A DNA stretch of 20,000 nucleotides from Lama guanicoe (taxonomy: Eukaryota). This document shows positions 10,430-20,000 of the stretch, piece by piece. The translations under genes and the position numbers were made by a program. A model generated the notes under the pieces. The model had not been told where the DNA came from, made no database searches, and worked only from the letters and a program-made list of their open reading frames with translations. Location of the stretch: NCBI GenBank assembly GCA_013239625.1, contig MU053934.1, forward strand, positions 2,217,183 through 2,237,182, in the 5' to 3' direction. Numbering within the stretch: position 1 is the stretch's first letter; the number at the start of each line of letters is the position of its first letter.

Positions 10430-11569
10430 CAAGTCTACAGATGGGAATTCTGTCCTAATACTGCAAAACAGGAATCATGCTGTGGGAATGTGCAGGGGGC
10501 CCGGCTCTTTTCCTCCTCCGGGCCTCCTTCCTCACAGCCCACCTCCTACAGCTCCCACCTCACACAGTCCTGAGGGAGTGCCCGGGGCACCTGGGAATGA
10601 AACTCCCTGCCGACTGACCGCTTGGTCCCCTGTCCTCCCACCTCAGGCGTCAGTTTCCCTCTAGGGCACTGAGCAGGCACTCAGAGACAGGATGAGTGGA
10701 AAGACCTTGATTCCTTGTATCTCAGAAATAATCCTTGGCCCCCTGAGCCTCAGCGCAGAACCATGCGGGTGGCCTCGCTGTGGCCTGGCCACAAAGACAA
10801 GGGACTCTGACTCCCTCTCCTCCACATTCTCTGCTTCCTCCAAATTTCTCAAAGTACTGAGTCCCCAACATCCACCTTCCTTCTGTTGTCACCACTCACG
10901 TCTCAGCCACCTGAGCCGTTGTCGCCCTCCCTCTGCTCTGTTTGGGGCCAAGGGGGCAGGAGGAAGAGGTCAGACCCACCTGCCTCCACATCCAGGCTCT
11001 GCCCTGCTTGCCCTGTGGTCCCGGGCCCCTCACCTCATCTCCCTGAGCTTCACATTCCCTTCTTCTCCAAAACAGTCACAATTAAGTTGTGACCTGCACC
11101 CTCTTCTCAGAGAGACATGGTGAGGATGGGGAGATGGTCTGCTTACCCAGGAGTCTCCCTCTGGCTGAGTGCGACCCAGACCCAGATGTTGTCAGCTGCG
11201 TGGATCCAGTCACCAGCTGTGCGTCTGAGGAATAACCAGCCTCCTCTGGGCCCAGACGTACCCCAGAATCAAAAGGGAAAGTGAAAGCGCTGGATCCTGA
11301 TTTGCTTACCGGACAGACTCGGCAGACCAGGCCCCACCCTCCGCTACTCCCTCCCTCCCTGCTGACTTCTTAGAAAAACCACACCAGACCTGACATTCCA
11401 CATCCTTCTAGCTTCAGTCCATCCTGCCTCAGTCTCTGTAAAGGACCACCTGCCACCAACAGACAGGGAAGCCCAGGGCAAATCACTCCTTGACCCCACG
11501 GGCTTCCTCCCAGGCCCCTCTGCCCTCTCCACCCACCAATCCAGCCCCCACACTCCCCAGCCCACCTAC

Positions 11570-11660
11570 TTTATACATCTTCATGCCACCAGCACTTGGC
11601 ACAGTCCCCGAAAATACCAGCGGCTCCCTGTGCACCTGTCATACCGCTGTTGCTGAATGC
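11570..11660 (+). mobile_element. L2 3' end fragment
   Basis: ccagcacttggcacagtcccc...gctgttgctgaatg resembles the L2 3' tail; further weak L2-like pieces near 10800-10920, 11350-11420, 13900-13990 and 14700-15185. Confidence 0.5.
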
Positions 11661-14600
11661 CTCCCTCATGCCGGTTTTAAGCATTTGCTCACTGAGGTCT
11701 TTCTGCCAGAACACCTGCTCCTACACCTGGAAAAGTCAGGCTCCTGCTCCACAGCATCACTTCCTCTGAGAAGTCCTCTAGGAGCTTCCCCTGCAGATTC
11801 CCCGGCTCTGCTCCCACGAGACATGGGAGAGGGTCCCAAGCACAACCCTCAGCCAGTGTGTCCATGCCCTCCACTTCTTGTTCACATCCCTCTCAACCTG
11901 GCCCTGCTGACAAGGACAGCACCGATGCCTTGGGTTCCACTGACCCACCCGAGGCGCCCCATCCTTGGTGGTCAGTGCCATTTGGATGGCTGCAGAGGGT
12001 TGGGGGAAGGGCTGAGGGCACAGTGGTTTTTTTTCCCCAGCTCATTTCCACTGGACAACAAATCTTTTTCTCTGCAAATGGAGGATGCTTACCAGAGGGC
12101 CAGTGTCCTGGCAACTCAGAAAAGTCTAAAACAGAAAGCCAGCCCTATTTCCTGTTTGGTTCCCCAGCAAAGAGCCTCTGAGGATGGAGGCATGAGGGTG
12201 TGATGGGTGCTGTCCTGGCACATACATACCATTTCCTGTTTAACCCTATGAACTGTCAGCCCCTCCTCCCTGATAACCAAAATGAGAAGTAAATGCCCCA
12301 CAGCTTGTAAGTCATACAGCTGGGCTGTGGTCTCACTTTTCGGCTTTGGTGCCTGGAGCAGGGCCTAGGGGGCCTGGAGCCCACAGAGAGCCTGACCTTC
12401 CATCAGGGCCGCTTCATCCCAGGAAACATCCCTGGGGCCTCATGGCCACCTGCCCCAGCACTTGAGGAAGGGGCAGAAGAGTGACGGGTATGAGTCCACG
12501 AGGACCACACACTACAGTTTGGTCTTAAATCAGTCCAGAACCCAGGCCAGGAATCTGATTGGATTTTGCACATAAGGAAGCTGTTGGGGAGGGGAGAGGC
12601 AGGGGCTTTCTGCCAGCAACTCAGGGGCTTCTGTTTGGCGGGAGAACAGCAGCAGGTGACGTCTGATAAAAGTCCATTTGAACAAATTCCACAGAATCAC
12701 ACTCCATCCCTGGGTGCTCACAGCCCAGGCTGGAATGGGTGTCCATGGGCACAGACACAGAGGGGCTCAGGGGACACATGTGCCGGGACCTGGCCCGCTG
12801 TCCTGCAGCAGGGGGCCCCTGAATCCCACGGGAGCTGCTTGGGGCTCGAGGACGGCCTCCTCCCCCAGAGCAGAGGGCACTAGAGACCCCACCCAAGGAC
12901 GGCCCTTCCCAGGCAGGCGTCCTCGGCCACGTTCCTGGGCCCTGGGGCCACGTCCTCGTGTTCTCAGGGGGTGACAGCACCCAGCTCACCAAGATTCTGT
13001 GAAGACCGACTGCGGGAACCCAGGTGACAGTGTCTAACAGGGTGAGGGCCCAGCCCAGCCCCACAGGACTGAATGCTCCCATCGCTCAGAGGAACACTGA
13101 GTGGAATCAGCAGGGAAAGGCTAGTATCCATGGGAGCCATGGTGAGTGGCGGTCGTGGTCCCACCTGTGCCTCAGAGGTTCTAGATACACGTGCAGATAG
13201 AGACATAGGGCTGTCAAGACTGAGAAAGCAGCCCAGTGGAGCAGGAGGAGTTCAAACATCGTGCTGAGGCCCTCCGCTCCAGCACAGAGCTTCAGGATGC
13301 AGTGGGTGGAGATTATCTGTATTTTCTTTCCAATGTGGAATTGCCTCTTGGACTCACCGTTGCATAAGGGATGGTTGGAACCAGGACCAGTAAGGAGAGT
13401 CTTCTTGTGTGTCTACTCAGTGCACGTGTGTACACAGGCAGCCCCAAATCTGGTGCCTCTTAGTCTGAGACTTTCCCCCAGGATTTGTGTCCCTTTTACT
13501 CATTTTTTCCCTCATTGCCTGACAAGTTGGTCGAAGAATGCAGTTAGCCAAATGGGCCATTCTGCCTCCTGGGAATTGCCGAGGATGAACCTAAGCTAAG
13601 GACTGGCAGAGCTTCAGGGGGCAGAACAGAAACTCCTGGAGAAGGACCTGCCTGCGTCCTGTGCTCCCAGAACTGGGAAGGTCTCCTGCTTCCTCCCGGT
13701 CTCTGATCTGCCCCAGGGCCCTTCCAATGGACCCTCTTCTGCGTTTCCTTTGTCAGACTCCGTTTCTGTTGGTTGTAACCCAAGGACTCTCAGGTGACAC
13801 AGCTGTGGCCTGGGAACTGCATCAGATGCACAGGGAGTGCAGTGGGATTGAGCTGTGAGGGTTCAGGGGGAAGGGGATCGATCCAAAATGACTCAAAGCC
13901 CCAGTGCCTGAAACACGGCCCATGTGATGTCCAGGAGAGACTGTGAATTCTGTAAGGACTGGTGAAGAATTGATGAAGCAATGAACCTCATGCTTACAGT
14001 GGTCAGGCAAGCAGGTGGCCGTGACTGCTGACTTCTTCAGGAAGGAGTGGAAGGTTTGATGGAGGCCCCAGGGAAACACTGGCCGATGGGGAGGCAAATG
14101 GTTGGAGAAAAGGTTTCTGCTAGTTTGTTTTTACAAAAGACACAGAAGGCAGTGGAGCACGAGGTGGGTGACTGAGATGTCCCGGATCTTTCTCATGTGT
14201 CTCTGGCTTCCAGCTTGGGGCTCCAGGTGTGGGAGCTTGTGTGGCCCTTACGCGCTCCTCCCATGGGAACACAGAGAGTCCGTGCCCAGTAGAGCAGGCC
14301 CGGGTCCTGGGGGAGAGCAGCACTCAGATGCTTCCTTCTTTCCTCCCTGGAGAGGGTGAATCTGAGGCCACTCCCCACAGGCTCCTCAGTAGGTCCTGGC
14401 AGACTCCATCCCCCACATGGGTGACAAAATCTAGAGCACTGCCTTGTGTTGACTTTCCCTCCTCCCCTGTTTCACTTCCTCAGCCCCACCACGTCCTGCT
14501 CCCAGGGATCTCGTAGGCCTGGCCTCCAGCTCTGCAGTCATCTGAACTCAGGATACATGGTGACTCTGGGCTGCACACAGGCTTTGAGCTTTTGTGTTGA

Positions 14601-15244
14601 GTGTAACGAGAAGCCGTTGAAGAGTAGGAAGTAGCTGCTTGCTAAGATCTCTCTTCTTAAGGGTCATTGGAGCCCACTGTGGGAAGTAGATGGAGGGCAG
14701 GGCCAGGGCCACCGGGATAAACACAGCATGACCCTTTCTTGAAGCTCTTGCAGGAGTCTGAGTGAAACGTGAAGGTAGCTTCGGGGAGGCTGTGTGCTGT
14801 CTGGCTGTCTCTCTCTGCCTCTCTGTTCAGGGCTGACGCGGTCTCCTACCTACAAAGAAGCCCTTCTGATCCAAAGCAGCCTGTGTGCCATGTATCAGTC
14901 CTGGGCCCCAGGCACTGGAGGGGAACATACCTGAGCTCAGCCCATGCCAGACATGAATGTGCTACCCCCAGGGGTTCCTGTGGGGCCTGTGAGAACCAGG
15001 GTCTGAGGGAAATGACTGGATGTGTGAGTGAGAGCCCAGAAGGCAAGCAGGAGGAGTGATGGAGGATTTGCTCCCTGAAATCCTGGAAGACAGGCCACTA
15101 AGGAAAGACAGTGAGGCACTCAGAGACCAGCTGGGCACGACAATGAACAAAGAAAGGCTGAGTGAATCAGTGAGTATTTATTGATCCAAGAGCTATAGAA
15201 CAGAAGGTGGGGACAGCCAGAGGCATCTCACGTATCTTGTCGTG

Positions 15245-15335
15245 CACCACCCCCAGCTGATGAAGAAACTGCAGCTCAGGGAGGCTGAGCCTCTTGTCCC
15301 CAAGCTAGTTGACCTCCTGGACACATCCCAAAGCT
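15245..15335 (-). mobile_element. MIR fragment
   Basis: gatgaagaaactgcagctcagggaggctgag..cttgtcc..agctagt. Confidence 0.55.
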
Positions 15336-15616
15336 CCTTGTCCAGTTACTGGCATCTGGATTCATTTTTCTTTCCTTCTTTCTTTTATTTTGTTTTGTTT
15401 GGTTTGCTTCGATTTTTCATATCAACCTCTATTCCAACACAGCATTTGATGTTTCACAGGAACTTCATTGGTCTCTCAGTGCACCCTGGTCCCAAAGGGC
15501 ACCTGGCAACTTGACAAATACTCCACCTTCTGGGGTGTCGTCACCACCATCATCATCATCATACTGAAGACATCACTGCCCAATACAGATAAACCTGCTG
15601 GAAGTCATAAGGAATT

Positions 15617-16039
15617 TGTTACGGAAACTATACGCCAGACAAATAACCAGCCGAACTCGGAGGGATGGAGTACGCAGATGTATTATGCTGGTGGGATCAG
15701 AAGGGCTTCTGCTCTGATACTCTGAGGACCTGCAAGACTTGTGCATGAGGTTTTATAGGGTTAATTACAAGCTTGGGGTATCAGCCAATAGGCCTGGAAC
15801 AGCATTAGTAGCATCATTATCACAGAGCAGAGGCAGGGAGGCAGCAAACCAACATTCCAAGGCCAGATATGTCTCTCTGAAAATCCAGCTGGCTAACAAA
15901 AAATACATGAGCAGGGAGTCAGCAAACTGACCCTTATTAACTTAGATTTACAAGTCAGCCCAGGAGAACTCAGATCGGTCATCTGACCCTTGTTAAACTT
16001 AGGTTTATGAGTTAGGCCCCACCTAGCTTTTCCGTCTTA
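15617..16039 (-). repeat. 3' LTR of the ERV (~423 bp)
   Basis: Starts after the PPT as TAAGA (probably mutated TGAGA) and ends ...ccgtaaCA at 15617; TATAAAA at 15757-15751; AATACA polyA-like signal at ~15684-15679; U3 direct repeat. Confidence 0.85.
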
Positions 16040-16667
16040 TGCCCTCCTCTTGATGCTTTCACGGCCCTTGTTGGAGTGAGCATCATCACTCACCCATTGC
16101 AGGGGCTAATATTTGAATGCTGTCATCTAGAGTTTCAGAGCCTCTATCCACTCACTGACAAAGTAGTCAGGAAGTTTAGGATACAGGGCCCATACAGCAG
16201 AGCTGCAAAAATTGGGAGCAAGGGATTTAGGAACGGTGCCAGCCAGGAGGTCCAGCCGCAGGGGCCTGTCCACGGGCCCTTGTCTAAAATATGTTTCCTC
16301 TTTTCCACTCAGTCCTGTAACCCTTGAACCATCCCTCTGACCATTCCTGATTGATTGGCATAAAAACAGCACTCTTCAGTAAGGAAGAGGCACAGTCCTC
16401 CCTCTCCGGCTGTCAGCAGCCCCAGACCCCTCCTGTTTGTGAGACCACCTCGGCCAGAGAGTCACTCTGATTTTGCAGAGCTCCCAGGGTTTCTGCTATT
16501 CATTGGAGATCCTGGCCTAACTCACCTTTAAGCTGGTAATAGTAATAAGAGGATGAGGCTATGCCACAGATTCCTGTGCCCAGCCCTGCTGCCACTCCGA
16601 GCCCCACTAGCAAGGGGATTGAGGGTGTTAGTGTCAGTAACATCAGCCTTACGATCATCTTAGGCAT
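16037..16667 (-). pseudogene. env: env pseudogene: putative signal peptide fused to TM, SU absent
   Basis: [110 protein letters not shown]...WTSWLAPFLNPLLPIFAALLYGPCILNFLT/FVSEWIEALKL*...KRRA*; shows fusion peptide, ISD, CX6CC (16392-16366) and membrane anchor; carries stops and 2 frameshifts. Confidence 0.93.
16042..16051 (-). promoter_or_regulatory. Polypurine tract
   Basis: Minus strand aagaggaggg, 2 nt upstream of the LTR start. Confidence 0.8.
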
Positions 16668-16851
16668 GATGCTGCGGTGATGGCACCAGCTATAAAATAG
16701 CTATCAGGCTCCTATGGCTTATATCCCAGGCAGGAGGGGTGGTGCTGGCCAGCCCCGCTGCTAATACACAGGCTACAAGGAAAAGAGGCAAACAAGGAAA
16801 GAGGCAAAGGAGCACAAGGGAAATACTTTTAACAGTTTCGTTGAGCTTTCG

Positions 16852-19800
16852 TCAAGTTTCGTCCGTGCGTCGACTAGCCAGCCTCCGGGTGTGGCTAGAG
16901 CAGGGCTCGAGGATATTTCTCTGGTCCCTCTTGATCTTGATCTTGAGCAGGTCTCCCGGGTCGCTCTCAATTTTCCAGGGACCCTCTGTCTGAAGTGAAG
17001 TCACTCTCTGAACCCTGGAGTGGGGGATCCAAAGGATGATTCCTACATCTTTAAAAGCGTCCCTGAGCTTTGACGCCGGGATGCTGTGTGCAGGTTCCAG
17101 CGGATGCTCAGTGTCTTTGCCACTTGCTGTACAATCTCCGCCACGAAGGCGGGTTCGTTGTTGGACCCAGTGGAGGTAGGCATTTCAAACCGAGTGATGA
17201 CACGCTTGAGGAGAGCCTTTGCTACCTCTCTTGCTTTCTCTGTCCTCGTTGGGATAGGCTTCTACCTACCTGTGAAGGTGCAGGTGAAAACCAGCAGGTA
17301 CTTATATCCCTTACTGGGCCTAAGTTCAGTAAAGTCCACTTCTAAACCTTTGAAGGGAGCAAATCCACATCTTGTACTCCCGTTGGCCCAGTGGGCCCTT
17401 GTTTTGGACTGGTTTGAGCACAGAGTAAGTAGTGTTGGGAGACTGATGCGCACAGGGAAGGAAAACGAGAAATCAGGAAATACCGCTTTAGGAGGGCCTC
17501 CAAACCCGTTTTTCCCACGTGTGTGGATTTGTGTTGTTGTTGGACTATGTGATAAGCTAGTCTTTCTGGGATGAAACCCTTCCATCCGTCATGATCCACC
17601 ATCCGTCCTTTCCTTCCTTCCCTTGTTCGGCCTGTGCCCACGTGTTTTCATCGTGGCTGTATTCTGGGGCAGTGGGGAGCTCTGGCGCTGCCATAACTTT
17701 AATTACTGAGTGTTCCCAGGCTGCTGTCTCTCTTGGCTATTGATCAACCAGCCTGTTCCTCTGGCCCACAGGGTCATATCCTTTTTGGTGTCCCTTACAG
17801 TGAATAACAGCCTCTTCCTTTGGATCCCATACTGCCTCCCGTAACTGTAAAATTTATTCTTTTTTTTGATTTCCTTTCTCCCAGCAGTCAAAAGTCCTCT
17901 GTCCTTATAGATGGCTCCTTGTACATGCAAGGATGCAAATGCATATTTGGAATTGGTGTATATATTGACTCATTTTCCTTTCCCTTTCTTTAGTGCCTGG
18001 ACCAGTGCCCAGATCTCTGCTCGCTGAGCAGACCATCCTGGGGGAAGGGACTCTGCCTTTATTACCTCTCGGGTTGTTGTTACAGCATAACCTGCTCGCC
18101 GTTGTCCACCCTGCATGTAACTGCTGCCGTCTGTGAAGACTTCCAGGTCTGGGTTTTGCAGGGGCTTGTCGCTTAGATCAGGCCTGCTCGCATACACTCC
18201 TTCGACGATTTCTTCTCAGTCGTGGTCAGACTGCCCTTCCCCCTCAGGCAAATATGTGTCTGGGTTTAAGGTTTGCACAGTCTCGAAACAACTCTTGGAT
18301 TTTCACATAGAAGCCCCTGGTAGTGGGTCATCCTTGTGTTAGTTATCCATTTGTAACCTGGGCCGTTCATCAGGGCCACCACAGAATGGGGCACTTTTAC
18401 ATTTGAAGTCTGTCCCAGTGTGAGTTTGTCTGTCTCGTTGACCAGGAGGGCTGTGGCAGCGAGGCCCCACAGACAGTGTGGCGATCCTGATGCCACAGAG
18501 TCCAGTGTTTTGGACACATAGGCCACAGGGTGATGCCATGGCCCCACATTCTGAGTCAGGACTCCAAGAGAGGTTTCATGTCTTTCATGTACAAACAGCT
18601 TACACTTTCGCGTTACATCAGGTAAGCCTAGTGCCGGGGCTTGGGTTAGCCGTTCCTTTAATTGCCTAAAGGCATTTTCTTGTTCAGTTTCCCATTTGAG
18701 AGTTTCCTTTCCTGAACCAGCAGTTGCTTCATAGAGGAGCTTGAGAGCTTGGCTTGAAAACCCGGGGATCCAGAGCTGGCAGAAGCCAGCTGTGCCCAGG
18801 AACTCTGGCACTTTCTTTTCATCTCCGGTCTGGGTACGGTGCAAATAACTTGTTTTCATTCTGGTCCGGGGGCTCGGTGTCCCTCTGAGATAATAAACCC
18901 CAGGTATTTGACTGTCTTTGTGCACATTTGGGCCTTTTCCTATGAGACCTTGTACCCAGTTGTTTGGAGTAACCCCAGGAGGGCCCAAGTTCCTCTCCAA
19001 CAGCCCTCTTCACTGGGGCTGGCTGACAGCAAGTCATCCACATACTGCAGCAGAGTACAGTTCAATGTCCCCCAAGGGAATTTTACAAGATCTGCGGCTA
19101 GTGCCTCTCCGAACAGGGTGGGCGAGTTTTGAAAGCCTTGGGGGAGACATGTCCATGTCAGTTGAGTTTTCCCTCTTGTATGGGGTTTCCCCCATTCAAA
19201 TGCGAATGTGGGCTGGCTCACAGGTGAGAGCCAAAGACAGAAGATTGTGTCCTTAAGGTCTATGCACGAAAACCATTTGACACCTGCTGGAATGAGGCCT
19301 AGAAGAGTATACGGATTTGGGACTGCTGCATGCATTGTAGTGATTACTTCACTTACTTTTCATAAGTCCTGAACTGGCCTATAGTCTGTTCCTTCACCAG
19401 GAGCAACAGTGTGTTCCAAGGAGATCTGCAGTCGGTTAGGATCCCCTCTTGTCGGAGGCGCTGTATATGCTTGTGGATTCCTAGGTGGGCCTCTCGAGGC
19501 ATGGGGTATGGCTTCTGTCTGACCGGGCTGGCTCCAGGTTTTAGGTCAGTCACCAGTGGTGCCTGATCATGTGCCAAGCCTGGCAGCTCGTTCTCAGCCC
19601 AGACTAATGGAAACTCTTCCAGGAGTTTGTTAGGATTTTCCTGGAGTTCTCTGCTGTCATACAGACACCACTCTTCTTCTCGGGGAACNNNNNNNNNNNN
19701 NNNNNNNNNNNNNNNNNNNNNNNNNNNNNNNNNNNNNNNNNNNNNNNNNNNNNNNNNNNNNNNNNNNNNNNNNNNNNNNNNNNNNNNNNNNNNNNNNNNN

Positions 19801-19965
19801 NNNNNNNNNNNNNNNNNNNNNNNNNNNNNNNNNNNNNNNNNNNNNNNNNNNNNNNNNNNNNNNNNNNNNNNNTCTGCTCCTGACCATAAAAGTCATTGGT
19901 TGGCCCCCCATAAACATCTTGACCTTGGGCTCCCGGGGCCCCGGGGGCCGGGAGCCCGGTCTCTC
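16852..19965 (-). pseudogene. pol: pro-pol pseudogene (protease, RT, RNase H, integrase), many frameshifts and stops
   Basis: GGQPMTFMV (PR); SPWNTLLL, VPNPYTLL, DLKD, LPQGFQNSPTLFG, YVDD at 19044-19033 (RT); FTDGSS, SAQRAE (RNase H); EVDFTEL, GYKYLLVF, GSNNEPAF, QSSG, WIPHSRV (IN); stop TGA at 16854-16852. Confidence 0.97.
19689..19872. other. Assembly gap (184 N) within protease
   Basis: run of N. Confidence 1.
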
Positions 19966-19968
19966 CTA
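19902..19968 (-). promoter_or_regulatory. gag UAG readthrough signal with pseudoknot
   Basis: TAG (19968-19966), 8-nt spacer gagagacc, stem gggctccc/gggagccc, loop ggccccc complementary to ggggggcc 17 nt downstream; same layout as MLV. Confidence 0.8.
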
Positions 19969-20000
19969 TTGTGAGTCGACCCCAGCCAGTCCAGTCCGAT
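19966..20000 (-). pseudogene. gag: gag 3' tail
   Basis: IGL/AGVDSQ* with the stop in frame with ERPGS..PGEPKVKM of protease; a 5-nt gactg duplication shifts the frame. Confidence 0.75.

Larger units (their letters stand above)
15617..20000 (-). mobile_element. Degenerate class I (gamma-like) endogenous retrovirus, 3' part; continues beyond the window
   Basis: Colinear gag tail, pro, RT, RNase H, IN, env TM, PPT and LTR on the minus strand. Confidence 0.97.

Noticed and set aside
11490..12203. 237-aa ORF (+)
   Set aside because: Non-ATG start, Pro/Leu/Ser-rich, no domain motif, overlaps an L2 remnant; chance ORF
15541..15562. (cac/cat)n tract as poly-His coding sequence
   Set aside because: Short simple repeat with no supported exon
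16037..16667. Functional captured env (syncytin-like) gene
   Set aside because: SU is missing and TM has multiple stops and frameshifts in this copy
17070..17574. Plus-strand ORFs opposite integrase as an antisense gene
   Set aside because: Expected shadow of a coding strand in a decayed element; no independent support
1..20000. CRISPR array, operon or other prokaryotic system
   Set aside because: No regularly spaced repeats; the sequence is clearly mammalian and retroposon-rich

Overview
Mammalian non-coding DNA, probably camelid: a Vic-1-like tRNA-derived SINE and an artiodactyl/camelid-type L1 3' end are present. I see no convincing host protein-coding exon, and most ORFs on the track are chance ORFs in GC-rich sequence. 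Bases 1-15.6 kb are a mosaic of old and younger retroelements (MIR, L2, MLT1, L1 fragments, two solo ERV1 LTRs, a SINE) plus a few candidate regulatory motif clusters. From 15617 to the window end lies a degenerate class I (gamma-like) endogenous retrovirus on the minus strand: gag tail, UAG readthrough signal with pseudoknot, pro-pol, a pol-env spacer, env, PPT and 3' LTR. The provirus has four unusual features. (1) The whole SU domain of env is deleted, fusing a putative signal peptide in frame to the TM fusion peptide. (2) The integrase has a large internal deletion. (3) A small hydrophobic ORF remnant lies between pol and env. (4) An ERV3/HERV-E-like pol appears to be paired with an HERV-H/F/W-like TM. 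A twin-primed (5'-inverted) L1 with a solo LTR at its inversion junction is also resolvable. Family names are from recalled consensus similarity, not from a database search.
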